Assembly: GCA_965261735.1 (NCBI GenBank)
Contig: OZ253470.1
Span: 384,001-448,000 of the forward strand
DNA from: Alphaproteobacteria bacterium
GTDB taxonomy: Bacteria; Pseudomonadota; Alphaproteobacteria; SHVV01
Reading direction: 5' to 3'
Length of the DNA stretch: 64,000 nt
Shown piece by piece: positions 1-11,570 of the stretch (position 1 is the first letter of the stretch; every line of letters begins with the position of its first letter). The notes under the pieces were generated by a model. That model was not told where the DNA came from and did no database searches. It saw only the letters and a program-made list of their open reading frames with translations. The translations under genes were made by a program, and so were the position numbers.

Positions 1-1321
1 CTGCCGTTACTTCGTCTATTCCCAGCGGCCCGAGGACCACGTTCTACAAGTATTGGTAAACAAGATGGAACGCATCCGGCAAGAACTCGGTAGCGTCGCG
101 AAGGTCCTCGAGGGGCGCATTGCACGGACCATCGGTGCACAAGGCATGCAACGCGACGGGCTCGACAAACTTGCGGCCTTCATCGAGGATCTGTCGCCCG
201 GAGAGCAACAGCGAGCCGTCGACGACGAACTCGAGGATGCGCGTCTTCGCCAGGACAGGCTGCGCGAAGAAGTCGACGGCCTCCGCACCCGACTGGAACG
301 TTCGCGCACCCATATCGGTCTCACCGCTCCACAGTTTCGCCAGACCCTGTCAATGAGCCTGAGGCTCGCCGGCGCTCCCGGAATCGCGGAGGCGGATCGG
401 GACGGGGAGCAAGAACCCGACACCCCGCGCCGTTTCATCTTTCCAGCCGACGATCACGCGCTCGCGAGCGACTCCGGCTGGACCGCGGCGCTAGATGCCT
501 TGCGTGCGCGCAGGCAGAGAAGGGAGAACTTCGGCGAGTGGCGACGGCGGGCCGCCATTCGGCCAGTTACTTTCGAGGACACTGGCCGGCTCGGCGAGAA
601 CGCCGTGCAACTCCATCTCGAGCACCGCGTGACCCGGCGCCTGCTGGCCCGGTTCACCGCACAAGGCCTGATCCACCACGATCTGTCCAAGGCCTGTCTG
701 ACCTTGGCTCCCGATGCGATCCCGCGGGTCGTGCTGCTCGGTCGACTCGCTGTTTACGGACCGCGCGCTTCGCGCCTCCACGAGGAGATGGTGCCGGTGA
801 CGGCACGTTGGATCGATCCCGAACGGCGGCAGGACGCGCTCGCGCCCTACGGCCGGGCCGGCGAGCAAACGACAATGGCTTCCCTACAGACGGCGCTCGA
901 CGAAGCCGGGCAAGACAGAGTTCCGGACCAAGTCCGGAAACGTCTCGCCGTGTCGGCGCAAGCCGATATCGCGGATCTCCTCCCGCATCTGGAACGTCGC
1001 GCAGCCGACTTCGCCGAGCAGGCGAAGAGACGCCTTGCCGAACGGTCGGATGCCGAAAAGCGCAGTATGATCGAATTGCTACAGCGCCAGCGGAAGAGGA
1101 TTGCCGAGACCGCCGGCAAGGACGACCGACAACAGATGTTCGACTTCGATGAAGCGGAACGGCGTCAGCGCGAAGCCGACCGTCGCGCCTGGGCCCGGCG
1201 CCTTGAAGCCATCGAGACCGAACTCAAGACCGAGCCGCGCCGGATCGCCGACACGTACAGGGTAAGCGCCATCCGCGTCGATCCGATCGGCCTCATCTAT
1301 CTCTGGCCGCGGACGGGATAG
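1..1321 (+). CDS. drmD: SNF2-type helicase, C-terminal part (DISARM DrmD-like); 5' end outside window
   Basis: Open frame from the window edge; C-terminus 'VQLHLEH..RLLARF..IGLIYLWP' resembles DrmD; 3 bp upstream of an N6-adenine MTase. Confidence 0.7.
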   Translation, partial: CRYFVYSQRPEDHVLQVLVNKMERIRQELGSVAKVLEGRIARTIGAQGMQRDGLDKLAAFIEDLSPGEQQRAVDDELEDARLRQDRLREEVDGLRTRLERSRTHIGLTAPQFRQTLSMSLRLAGAPGIAEADRDGEQEPDTPRRFIFPADDHALASDSGWTAALDALRARRQRRENFGEWRRRAAIRPVTFEDTGRLGENAVQLHLEHRVTRRLLARFTAQGLIHHDLSKACLTLAPDAIPRVVLLGRLAVYGPRASRLHEEMVPVTARWIDPERRQDALAPYGRAGEQTTMASLQTALDEAGQDRVPDQVRKRLAVSAQADIADLLPHLERRAADFAEQAKRRLAERSDAEKRSMIELLQRQRKRIAETAGKDDRQQMFDFDEAERRQREADRRAWARRLEAIETELKTEPRRIADTYRVSAIRVDPIGLIYLWPRTG

Positions 1322-1324
1322 ATC

Positions 1325-4300
1325 ATGGCGGATCGCGCACGTCGCAACCTGATCTTCGCCCACCAGGAATGGCTTGGCTTCGTCCAGCCCGTGGGCCTCC
1401 TATTGTCGCCAATCATCATGGTCGACGCCCAGGTCGTGCCCGACCGCAACATCTCGTGGCGCCAGCGCGAGTTTCGCGACCTGCTCGAAGAGGACGGAAG
1501 CGGTGCCACGGCCCGCTGGATTGCGCCCAACCTCCGCCGAGTGTTTCTCGGCTATCTGGGCTGGGAAGAAGGCGACCTTTTGGACGCGCTCGACCATCGG
1601 GACGCGCTGGAAATTGCCCTTCCCGAGTTGCAGGTCGTGCTCTCGCCCACCTGGGCCGTGCCGGCTGAAGAAGACCCGGACGCTGCATGGACGATGCTCG
1701 TTCGCGTCGAGGACGGCGGCGTCGACCTCGATAAACCCACCGGCGACGGCGCAGGGTGGAACGCCACTCGGCACGCCCGATTCGAACGGCTGTTGCGAGA
1801 GACCGACGTGCCGATCGGGTTGCTTTGCACCGATGAGGGTGTTCGTCTGATCCACGCGCCCAGGGGCGAGTCGTCGGGGTATGTAACCTTCGAGTTCTCG
1901 CAGATGGCGCTGCCGGCAGGCCGGCCCATCCTGGCCGCATTCGACATGCTGTTGTCGGCGGACGCACTCTTCGGTGGTTACCCCGAGGCTCGGCTGCCGG
2001 CGCTTCTGGCCAAGAGCCGCGATGCGCAGGCCGAAGTCTCCACGAGACTTTCTCGTCAGGTACTCGCGGCGCTGCATGAATTGCTTCGGGGCTTTGTCTC
2101 GGCAGACGCGCGCGGCGGCGGAACCGTGACCGACATCGCGCGGCGCGATCCCGATCACCTTTACGGCGGACTGATCACGACGCTGATGCGGCTCGTCTTC
2201 GTGCTTTACGCCGAAGACCGGGGCCTGATGCCTGGTCATCCCGTGTACCAGCAGCACTATTCCCTAGGCGGCCTTTTCGCCCGCTTGCGCGCCGATGCGG
2301 CGACTTGGCCCGATACCATGGACCAGCGTTTCGGCGCCTGGGCGCAGCTGCTTTCGTTATTCCGGCTAATCCACGGCGGCGGCGGACACGCCGGCCTCTC
2401 GTTTGTCGCACGCAAGGGTACGCTGTTCGATCCACACCGTTTCCCGTTCCTCGAAGGACGCGGGCCAGAGCAGAAGCCGGCAATTCCGATGGTCCCGGAC
2501 GCTAGCGTCTGGAAGGTGTTGCAGTCGTTGATGGTGCTAGACGGCGAGCGGCTGTCTTACCGCACACTCGATGTCGAGCAGATCGGTTCTGTGTACGAGG
2601 CCATCATGGGCTTTCGCGTCGAGCTGACCCCCGGGCGGTCGATCGCCGTGGCGTCGCCGAAACGGACCGGCGCCGCGGTTGTCGTCGACCTCGACCGTTT
2701 GCTCGAACTGGAAGGTGGCAAGCGTGCGAAGGCTTCCACGATTGTAGATGTTGTGGCGGCGCTTGACCGAGCGGTCGACCGCGACGCGACTCCGGACGTT
2801 GTTCCCGCTGGAACTCCTGTCCTTCAGCCGACGGACGAGCGGCGGCGGTCCGGCAGCCACTATACGCCGCGCTCTTTGACTGAACCGATCGTTTCCGAAG
2901 CTCTGCGTCCGATACTCGAACGTCTGGGACGGAATGCGCGGCCCGAAGACATTCTCGACCTCAAGGTTCTCGACCCAGCAACCGGTTCGGGTGCCTTCCT
3001 GGTCGAGGCCTGCCGTCAACTGTCGGCGCGACTGGTCGAGGCCTGGAGCGTTCATGGCGGACCGCCTGACCTGCCCGCCGACGAAGACGAGTTGCTTCAC
3101 GCCCGGCGACTTGTCGCCCAGCGATGCATCTATGGCGTCGACAAGAATTCGATGGCTATCGATCTGGCGCGGCTTTCGCTGTGGCTGGTTACCCTCGCGC
3201 GGGATCATGAATTCACCTTCATAGATCACGCCCTGCGCCACGGTGATTCGCTGGTTGGTCTCACGCGCAACCAGATCGAAGGATTCCATTGGGATGCCGA
3301 GGCACCGAGTTTTCAGCTCGGAATGGAGACAATGGAGGTGCAAAAGCACGTGGCCCGGGTCTCCGAGATGCGCCAACTGATCCGCGAACTTGGTGACGAG
3401 GCCCCTGAGCACGAACTGCGGGAGCTTCTGGACGAGTCCGAGCGTGAACTCAGGAACGTTCGCCGGGTCGCTGACCTGGTGTTGACGGCGTTCTTCGATG
3501 GAGGAAAGCCGAAGGAACGTGAGAGCAAGCGGGTCATGTACGGGAGTCTGCTTCTCGGAAGGGACCAAGCCGTGACCGCTTCGCCTGCGGCAGCAAAGTT
3601 GCCGGTCGCTCCCCTCCATTGGGAGTTAGAGTTTCCGGAGGTGTTCGAGCGCGAGAATCCGGGCTTCGATGCGGCAGTCGGTAATCCGCCATTCCTTGGC
3701 GGGAAACGAATCAGCACCGTACTTGGAAACCGGTTTCGAGACTGGCTGATAGCTCTGCATCCCGAAGCGAACAGCAATGCAGACTTGGTCGCGCATTTCT
3801 TTCGTAGAGTCTTTGAGTTGCTGCGCAAAGGAGGTGGTCTTGGTCTAGTCTCCACGAACACCATAAGCCAAGGCGACACAAGAGCCACGGGGTTGCGTTG
3901 GATCTGCAAGAACGGTGGTGTGATCCACCGCGCCCGACGACGGCTCAAGTGGCCCGGCGAGGCGGCCGTAGTAGTAAGTGTAGTTCATATTGCAAAGGGG
4001 GCTTATGCGGGTTCCAGGACGCTCGACGATCACCGGGCATCTGTGATCACCGCTTTTCTGTTTCATAGTGGTGGTAACGATGACCCGGTTCGTCTGAAAG
4101 CGAATTCTGAAAAAAGCTACGTGGGCATGTACTTGCGGGGCATGGGCTTCACTTTCGACGATACTGACACCAAGAACGTCGCCACATCGCTTGCAACAAT
4201 GAATCGTCTGATCGAAGCGAACACTCGCAATAGGGACGTGATCTTTCCCTACATCGGCGGAGAGGAGGTCAACACCAGCCCGGCCCATGCCCACCACCGC

Positions 4301-5446
4301 TACGTCATCAACTTCCGCGACTGGCCGCTGCGCCGCGCAGATATGGGTGCAACGTGGCTGGACGCAGACGAAGGCACGAGGCGCGACTGGCAGCGCGACG
4401 GGATCGTACCGCTTGACTATCCGGAGCAAGTGGCTGCGGACTATCCGGAGCTATTGTCAATTGTGGAAGAGCATGTTCGACCCACTCGACTAAGACTCGG
4501 AGAATCAGCGATTGACAGAGTCCACAAGCGTCGTTGGTGGTTGTATGCAAATGATCGCCCTCAGCTCCAACAGGCAGTCAGTAGCCTCGATCGCGTGCTT
4601 GTAATTTCCGAGATTGGCCAACATGGGGCGTTCGCATTTTTGCCAAGTCGCATGATCTTTTCCCATACGCTAAAGGTCTTCTCTCTCGATACTTACGCCG
4701 CCTTATGCGCCCTCCAGTCCCGCCCCCACGAAATCTGGGCCCGTTTCTTCGGATCGTCGCTGGAAGATCGGCTTCGCTACACACCCTCCGACTGTTTCGA
4801 GACTTTCCCATTCCCCGAGAACTGGGAATCGTGCCCCGCACTCGAAGCGGCGGGTGAGGCGTACTATGATTTGCGTGCGGCGTTGATGGCCGAGAACAAC
4901 GAGGGACTTACAAAAACCTACAACCGTTTTCACGATCCGGACGAGCGCGATTCCCGGATCGACCGGCTCCGTCAGCTTCACGCCGCAATGGACCGCGTCG
5001 TTCTGGAAGCCTATGGCTGGACCGACATTCCTACCGATTGCGAGTTCTTGTTGGATTACGAGATCGACGAAGAGACCTGGGGCAAGAAGAAGAAACCCTG
5101 GCGCTACCGCTGGCCCGATGAAGTCCGCGACGAAGTGCTCGCGCGCCTGTTGGCCCTCAACACCCAGCGCGCGGCCGAGGAGCGTATGGCCGGAAGTGGT
5201 GTGCGTCTTCCGGCGTTAGCCACCAGCACCTACAAGCCTACCTCAACGAGTTCACCTTCCGCTTCAACAGGCGGTTCTACCCGTTCAACGCCTTCCGCTC
5301 ATTGCTCGGCATCGCGGGCGACACCTCTGCTCCAACCTATGCCGAGCTTTACTCGGGAGAAGAGCCAAGCTTTGAGACCTGCAGATTCGCGATCTGGCGA
5401 GGCAAGCCGAACCCGACAGCAGCGCGGACGGCGGCGCAATCGGTGA
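1325..5446 (+). CDS. drmMI: Large N6-adenine DNA methyltransferase (Eco57I/type IIG-like, DISARM DrmMI-like); C-terminal tail replaced by foreign sequence
   Basis: Motifs 'GSHYTP', 'LDPATGSGAFL', 'GNPPF'; TRD region 'RLRYTPSDCFETFPFP'; sequence after ~5213 is IS1595-derived. Confidence 0.75.
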   Translation: MADRARRNLIFAHQEWLGFVQPVGLLLSPIIMVDAQVVPDRNISWRQREFRDLLEEDGSGATARWIAPNLRRVFLGYLGWEEGDLLDALDHRDALEIALPELQVVLSPTWAVPAEEDPDAAWTMLVRVEDGGVDLDKPTGDGAGWNATRHARFERLLRETDVPIGLLCTDEGVRLIHAPRGESSGYVTFEFSQMALPAGRPILAAFDMLLSADALFGGYPEARLPALLAKSRDAQAEVSTRLSRQVLAALHELLRGFVSADARGGGTVTDIARRDPDHLYGGLITTLMRLVFVLYAEDRGLMPGHPVYQQHYSLGGLFARLRADAATWPDTMDQRFGAWAQLLSLFRLIHGGGGHAGLSFVARKGTLFDPHRFPFLEGRGPEQKPAIPMVPDASVWKVLQSLMVLDGERLSYRTLDVEQIGSVYEAIMGFRVELTPGRSIAVASPKRTGAAVVVDLDRLLELEGGKRAKASTIVDVVAALDRAVDRDATPDVVPAGTPVLQPTDERRRSGSHYTPRSLTEPIVSEALRPILERLGRNARPEDILDLKVLDPATGSGAFLVEACRQLSARLVEAWSVHGGPPDLPADEDELLHARRLVAQRCIYGVDKNSMAIDLARLSLWLVTLARDHEFTFIDHALRHGDSLVGLTRNQIEGFHWDAEAPSFQLGMETMEVQKHVARVSEMRQLIRELGDEAPEHELRELLDESERELRNVRRVADLVLTAFFDGGKPKERESKRVMYGSLLLGRDQAVTASPAAAKLPVAPLHWELEFPEVFERENPGFDAAVGNPPFLGGKRISTVLGNRFRDWLIALHPEANSNADLVAHFFRRVFELLRKGGGLGLVSTNTISQGDTRATGLRWICKNGGVIHRARRRLKWPGEAAVVVSVVHIAKGAYAGSRTLDDHRASVITAFLFHSGGNDDPVRLKANSEKSYVGMYLRGMGFTFDDTDTKNVATSLATMNRLIEANTRNRDVIFPYIGGEEVNTSPAHAHHRYVINFRDWPLRRADMGATWLDADEGTRRDWQRDGIVPLDYPEQVAADYPELLSIVEEHVRPTRLRLGESAIDRVHKRRWWLYANDRPQLQQAVSSLDRVLVISEIGQHGAFAFLPSRMIFSHTLKVFSLDTYAALCALQSRPHEIWARFFGSSLEDRLRYTPSDCFETFPFPENWESCPALEAAGEAYYDLRAALMAENNEGLTKTYNRFHDPDERDSRIDRLRQLHAAMDRVVLEAYGWTDIPTDCEFLLDYEIDEETWGKKKKPWRYRWPDEVRDEVLARLLALNTQRAAEERMAGSGVRLPALATSTYKPTSTSSPSASTGGSTRSTPSAHCSASRATPLLQPMPSFTREKSQALRPADSRSGEASRTRQQRGRRRNR
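5213..5359 (+). mobile_element. IS1595 transposase 3' fragment
   Basis: Matches the reverse complement of ~45678-45824 in the IS1595 at 45628-46657. Confidence 0.85.
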
Positions 5447-5481
5447 GGTTCGACCATCCGGCGATCGGCGGACGGAGATAC

Positions 5482-6875
5482 GGTTGTGTCTCGAAAGTGG
5501 TGGAAATTGGTTTTGGCGCCTCTCCGAGCGGGTTGAGTTTTGCGGCGGTCAGGCTGCGCGGTCAAGGGTTTCGTCGGCGATTAGCTGATCGAGGGTTTCC
5601 CATCCATCGACTTTGCGCATCTGGATTTGGCCGGAAGCGAGGAGTGCCCAGAGGAGCATCGGCACTGTTTCGGGACACGGCAGCACGGTCTGTGTTTTGA
5701 TCCGGCGCTTGAACTCCTCGTTGAGACGCTCAATGGCGTTGGTCGTTCGGGCTGATTTCCATTGGCTCTTGGACAGGCGCGTGAAGGTAAAGAGCTTGTC
5801 GCCCGCTTCTGCGAGGCTGTCCGCGACGGCCCTGCATTTCAGCCGCCACTTGCGGACAAACGCCTTGCGGCGGGTTTCCACCTCGGAGGCAGTGTCGGCA
5901 TAGATCATATCGCGGTAATCTTCGCTCAGCTCGTCATGCATGTGTTTGGGAGCATGACCCAGAAGGTTGCGGTGCTTGTGCACGGTGCAGCGTTGAACGG
6001 GAAGGTCATCGCCCCAAAGCGCCGACAGAGCCGCCTCCAGTCCCGGCGCGCCATCGACGATGACAAACCCGGGCCGTTTCAGTCCACGCGCATCAAGGTC
6101 GTCGAGGAACTGGCGCCACGCCGCCTGGCTTTCTCCGCCCATATTCCCGATCGAAAGCAAGACCTTCTGGCCATCCCGGCGCACCCCTATAGCCGCGAGA
6201 ACCGAGATGTTGGTGGCCTTGCGGTCCAGTCGGGTCTTGATCACAGTGCCGTCAAGGATCAGCCGAACGATATCCTCATCCGCGAGGCCACGGCTGCACC
6301 AGGCGTCCCAATCGACCTTCACCTTGCGCCACGCCCGGCTCACAACGTCCTTGCTCACAGCACCCCGGAAGAGCCCGAACAGCGCGCGTTTCACCCGCCG
6401 CGTGTTGGTTCCGGACAGATACACCGAAGCGATCAGCGCCTCGGCCTTTCTGGTCAGCCGCTGGTAGCGCGGCAGCGCCCGCGAACGCCATTCCGACGCC
6501 CGACCGTCTTCCTCAACGATCCGCGCACGCGGCACGCTCACCCTCTCGGTCCCGAATGTCCCCGTCAGTTGCCGCTCCCGGTGCCCGTTCCGATACCCTT
6601 GCCGAAGCGCGTCCTCTCGACCGTATCGGCAGCGCCCGAGAAACTGCGCAAGTTCCTCCTCAAAAACGGCCTCGATCGTGGATCTGATGTTCTCCCGCAG
6701 CCGGTCCTCGAGCGGATCATAGCCGGCGTCATTGGCCAGTAGCGAAAGCGCGGAAGTCTCGGTAGTGTTCTTCATGGCGTGATCTCCTTGGCGGTGCTAG
6801 CCGCCGATTGGGTGGTTGTCTTGTCACCCGGAGATTACGCCATCCTCAAATTTCCACCACTTTCGAGACACAGCC
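5482..6875 (-). mobile_element. IS256-family element, complete (transposase 5549-6775)
   Basis: TIRs ggttgtgtctcgaaagtggtggaaatt / aatttccaccactttcgagacacagcc; 8-bp TSD GGAGATAC; Mutator DDE motifs. Confidence 0.95.
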
Positions 6876-6974
6876 GGAGATACCGTGAATACGCTCACCC
6901 GTTCTGATGGTTGGTCGCCGTTTGCTCGCTTGCATGGAACAGGGACGTTTATGCTGGCCAAAAACATAGTGACC

Positions 6975-7446
6975 TCAATCCCCCGCGAACGCGATCAATC
7001 GCCCATAGACGAGTGCTCCCAGCCAGCAAACCGTTGAGAGGATGGCATGACCGGCCAAGCGGGCGCGCGGGGCGTCCTTAAGCAGGAACCCGTGGGCCCG
7101 GCACAGAGCGAGCGTAGACAGGACCCCGACAGCGATGAGGATTAGCTTGAGCTGCAGGAATCCGACGCCACTGTATTCTCGCGCCCGGACCGAGAACAGC
7201 AGCGGTCCCGTGAACAGGGCAAGGGTCAGCCCGCTCGCCGCAACGGGCGCGAGCACCCGCACTACCGCTTCGCGAGAGATACCGCGCCACACGCCAAGAA
7301 GCCGCAGATTGAGTGGGACGACGGACCCGATCAGCAAGGCGATTGCGAAGATATGCGCGGTGTTGACGGCGGCATAGACCCAGCGGGAACCCCGCAGAGC
7401 CTGCGCCAGGGCTGTCCCCTCGAGCGCCACGAACAGGGCCTCCAAG
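6975..7446 (-). CDS. Membrane protein, DUF6644-like
   Basis: 'ALRGSRWVYAAVNTAHIFAIALLIGS', several TM segments; paired with the upstream gene; start codon uncertain. Confidence 0.55.
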
Positions 7447-7449
7447 GTC

Positions 7450-7815
7450 TCAGTCGCGCCGGGGGTAAAGGATGTACTCGCGTTTGCCCAGGAATAGCCG
7501 TTCCACCTTAATCCGTTTTTCCGACACATCGTCGGCCGGCTCGCCGATCAACCGGATTTCGACCCCTTCGGCCAGATCGCCGTCCTGGAGGCCAGCGCGT
7601 TCGTTGCGCCAGGGCTGACCGACCTCGGCCGTCCACTCGTCGCCCTCCACGTCGATCTTCAGAATGCCGTGGGGATTGCCCAGGCGGACGGTCTTAATGA
7701 TGCCGGTCATATCGATATTGCCGCCGGTCGTCCACGACCAGCCATGATGGGCCAGAGTCCCGACCGACGGAGCCGTGAGTCCCAAGGCCAGGATCGTGAT
7801 GAACAAGAGCCTCAT
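7450..7815 (-). CDS. Exported protein, DUF6152-like
   Basis: Signal peptide followed by 'AHHGW...NPH'; RBS ggag before the ATG. Confidence 0.65.
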   Translation of the reverse strand: MRLLFITILALGLTAPSVGTLAHHGWSWTTGGNIDMTGIIKTVRLGNPHGILKIDVEGDEWTAEVGQPWRNERAGLQDGDLAEGVEIRLIGEPADDVSEKRIKVERLFLGKREYILYPRRD

Positions 7816-8217
7816 CGTAGTGCTCCTCCGATGCCTCAAGCGTTATCGGGAAGGTGGCGTCACACGACCGGACGTTCAAGCTGACATTTCCCAGACAACC
7901 ATCAAGTCCTTGGCGATCATACCCTTGAAGAATAGATGACCGTACGGTTAAGCGAGGCATTGTTCCTGGCCTTTCCAGCCACCAAAACTCCTGAATGGTG
8001 AAAATCGCCGTAGGCGCGGACCGGCTGGCCGGTTTCGATCATAGCCATGGCGGCCATACACCGGGCACGGCGGGCTTTCTTGAGCCGAACCTCGTTGCGC
8101 GCTAGGTCGAAGAAGTGGTCGGTGCCATGCGAACGGTCATAGATTGAGCACCATCTTCTCCAGTCCGGGTTCTGATCGAAAACCAGTCGTCTTTCGGGCG
8201 GGAGGAGGAGCAATTCA

Positions 8218-8981
8218 ATCAGCATGCCCGAGACATGAACCGCTTAAATGACGCGATGTGATCGTCGCTCGGTAAATAATCGTCCGCGACAAGCAAACGG
8301 ATTTCATCAGCAATATCGCGGCGATTGATTGTGAATATACTTCCGCCGCCGTTATCGATCATATAATCGAGTGCACCGCACCAAGCATTAATGTATCCAT
8401 GGCCCCCCCGGTATTAACGAAACCGAATTTTCTTTCCCCTTCATTTCATGCTTGGCTAGTGAAATCCGGATGGCTTCAAGGCGAGGAAAAAGCAAATTCG
8501 TGCGCATAAGGTCTCTGTTTATTGCGCTCACTTTGTTTGAATCAGCAAGGATAACTCTAATCTGATCGGCGCGGATCTGCCGCCCGAAATGCTGGTAGTC
8601 ATCTTCCTTCTCTAGAGCCGCGAGTTTCTGCTCAAGACCACCGGATTCGGCCCATTTAATCATGTCTTTTGCACGCTGGCGCCAAGTTCGCATGAGTTCA
8701 TAGGCTGCAAAAATCCACATCTGCGATTGCGCTGACAGAAAAGCGGCTTCCTGGATTAGCGTTCGTTCTTCAGCTATGTGCTTTTGATGGAGTTGTGATT
8801 CGAGATCCATTAGGAATTGATCGACAAGGGAAAGATTAAAGGTTTGCATGCTCAAGAATGGGTCATCTCCCAGTAGCTTGAGTTTGCAGAGCGCCTGACG
8901 GAGTGCAGATGAGTCGACCTCGAATACATCCTGATAGGGCGGCTGGTCGCTGAATTCTTCTCTGTGCTTTTCGTCCGTCAT
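8218..8981 (-). pseudogene. Lower-GC hypothetical protein (possibly HEPN-like), probably frameshifted near 8405
   Basis: 197-aa ORF ends just after a G7 run; coding-like sequence continues in another frame (CGALDYMIDNGGGSIFTINRRDIADEIR). Confidence 0.5.
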
Positions 8982-9364
8982 GTCAGTCTGTCACCAAGGA
9001 TTAGTGAGGGTGGGATACAGTCCGAGCCACAAAAACAGACGTTTTTCGAGCGGTCATTCACGGTGAGCCTCCGTAGCCGCCATTGGGGGATCGCGGTCGT
9101 GGCGCGGGACCACGATGGCGCTTAATGACCGCGTCGTTTCCCAGGCTTTGCCCACCGCTGTCCCGATCCTGGACCTGGGTACCGTAGACTACCGGGTGCG
9201 ATGCGCAAACGTGATCTCCAGCCTACGTCGATCGCAAAAAACGTCCGTATCTGCGCCAACGGCCTGCCATGTGGCCAATCCGAGCGACAGCGATGAGAAC
9301 CCTCGTCGGAGATCGACGCTTTCGTCGCGCGACAATTCTGGCCGGTCGAGGCGCAAATGGTCAC

Positions 9365-9475
9365 GCAGGACGGCGAGCGAGGCGACCATGGCCAGTGACA
9401 TCAAGACCGTCTGGTTGACTCCGGCCATGATGGTTCGTGCGGCGAGCGGCAGCTCGACCTTCCAGGGCAGGGGAC
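9365..9475 (-). pseudogene. ProW-type betaine ABC permease internal fragment
   Basis: 'KVELPLAARTIMAGVNQTVLMSLAMV' motif with no flanking gene. Confidence 0.6.
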
Positions 9476-9671
9476 GAGATCCTCCGCCTCCTCCGAGGGA
9501 ACGGCTTCTCCATTGATAACAGGACCAGCAAAGCATAAATTAAGAGAATCGGCGCGAGTGCCAGTACGCTGAACGGGGGACGAGACCGCATGCGAAGTCT
9601 CACAGACGGCGTACGACAACAGGCGCGAAGCCGTCCGGACATCGCCTGCCAAACTCCCAGGGTTTCATGAC

Positions 9672-9844
9672 GTGTTTGTGAAGGGTACACGTACGCGTGC
9701 GATCGTGGGGTCGTTTGTCTTCTTCTGGGTCGCTCCCGCTGTCGTTGCCGGCGTCGTCCCGTTCGCACTGGTCGGTTGGACGATGCAGCCACCGCTGCTC
9801 GGGCTACCGGGCGAGCGGGTAGTGGGTGTCGCGGCAGTCGCGGC
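9672..9844 (+). pseudogene. Membrane (ICMT/PEMT-like) methyltransferase N-terminus truncated by IS6
   Basis: 'RAIVGSFVFFWVAPAVVAGVVP' runs into an IS6 TIR. Confidence 0.5.
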
Positions 9845-10647
9845 GGCATTGACACGTTAACTGCCGCGTTCGGCACAATTGGATCGTGATCTGGATCAGG
9901 CAGCACACCAGCCTTGATTCCAGACAGCGAACGTCTCGGCTCGAAACGCCTTGAAAATGCGGCGGGGTAAAAGATGGCGCTGGACGTAGAAAGCGTTGTA
10001 GACGGCGGCGTGGATTGAAAGGAACCGTTGGGCGGATCCCGGTGAATTGAACCGCTGTTGTTTTCGTTCGCGTCGACGTACCGGCTGGTGTGAATTCTCG
10101 GCTCGATTGTTCGCCCGCAATCCCTGATCGTGAATAGCGGTAAGTCGCTCTTTGCGGATCGCAACAGCGTAGGATTTGAGCTTGTCCGTGGTAATGCGCT
10201 TCGGCGCAAAGCCCTGCTTCTTCAGCAGCTTCCGCAGCAACCTCTGCGCCGATCGGGCGCAGCGTCGTGGCTGGACCAGGAAGTCGAGAACTTCACCTTC
10301 GTCGTCGACCGCCCGCCACAGCCAATGTCTTCGGCCGCGGATCCTGATGATCATTTCGTCAAGGTGCCAACGAGCACTGGCACGTGGACGGCTGCGGCGA
10401 AGATTGCCTGAGATCAGGCGCCCGAATTTCAGAAACCAGCGTCGCACCGTCTCGTTCGAGACATCGATACCGCGCTCGGCCAGCAGGTCCTCGACATCGC
10501 GAAATGACAGCGTGAACCGAGCATAGAGCCAGACCGCATGCTGGATGATCTCTGGCGAAAAACGATGTCGCTTGAAAGAAATTGGCGTCATACGCCGACG
10601 GTAGCGGCCCCTGCCCGATCCGGCCACCGACTTAACGTGTCAATGCC
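9845..10647 (-). mobile_element. IS6-family element A, copy 1
   Basis: TIR ggcattgacacgttaa at both ends; DDE transposase 'WHLDE...TTDKL...NRAE'. Confidence 0.95.
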
Positions 10648-10939
10648 GTCTGAATAGCTTTCGCGAAGTGCTCAGCGGGTTGCGGCACTCAGGGTAATCG
10701 AGTGGGCGAACACTGTGGCCCGCCCAGGAACGCCGACAGCGCGTGGGCATGGAATACCCAAGCTTCCGGGACAGCATCTTCCCGAAAGTGGCTTTGCCCT
10801 TGAGCGTCCCTGACCCGTGAAGTTCAAATTTGGACACTACTGACGGTTTGGACTCCTTGACATCCCAGTCTCCAGAGATACGCCTTGCTAGATTTGGAAA
10901 CGTCTGTGACCCTGCGTGGACCTTCGCGAGAAGGGTAAG

Positions 10940-11570
10940 TGTCAACGGCGGAGCAAAATTAGTCCACCCGGGCGGAGCAAAACTAGTCCACTTAACGTTA
11001 TGCGGTACGCGGTGTTGGGGGGTTGTCCCGGTAGTCCATAGGAGGGACCCGCGCTGCTTCGAGTAGCGCTTGCGTTACGCGGAGCGAAGCAGCGTGGGAG
11101 GTTCCTGTGGACCCACCGGGTCAACCATTGCACTGGCGGTTAAGCAGGTATTTTGGGGATTTTCGCCGTTTTTGGCTTTGGTTGAGACGATAGCTCTCGC
11201 CGTTCATTTCCAGGATATGGACATGGTGGGTGAGGCGGTCCAGCAAAGCCCCGGTCAGGCGTTCCGAGCCGAATATCTCCGTCCACTCATCGAACGGCAA
11301 GTTGGAGGTCACCAGGATCGAGCCCCGCTCGTAGCGCTGGCTGAAGACTTCGAACAGCAGCTCGGCGCCGGTCTTCGAGAGCGGCACGAAGCCGAGTTCG
11401 TCGATGATCAGAAGGTGATACTTTGCCAGTTGCTTCTGCAGGCGCAACAGGCGTTTTTCATCCCTGGCCTCCATCCGTTCATGAACCAGGGCAGCGGCCG
11501 TGAGGAAGCCGACGGAGAGCCCCTTTTGGCAGGCCGCCAGACCGAGACCGAGGGCGATATGGGTCTTGCC
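10940..11570 (-). mobile_element. istB: IS21 remnant (istB 3' half plus right end), truncated by IS6
   Basis: Near-identical to 25772-26405; TGTCAACGGCGG end with tandem gcggagcaaaa..agtccac repeats. Confidence 0.9.

Noticed and set aside
5213-5446. Novel Ser/Thr-rich C-terminal domain on the MTase
   Set aside because: It is out-of-frame translation of an IS1595 fragment and adjacent DNA.
5762-6742. Long antisense ORFs over transposases and other genes (also 30531-31511, 48613-49656, 12949-13983, 60686-61699)
   Set aside because: These are shadow frames typical of high-GC coding DNA, with no recognisable motifs.
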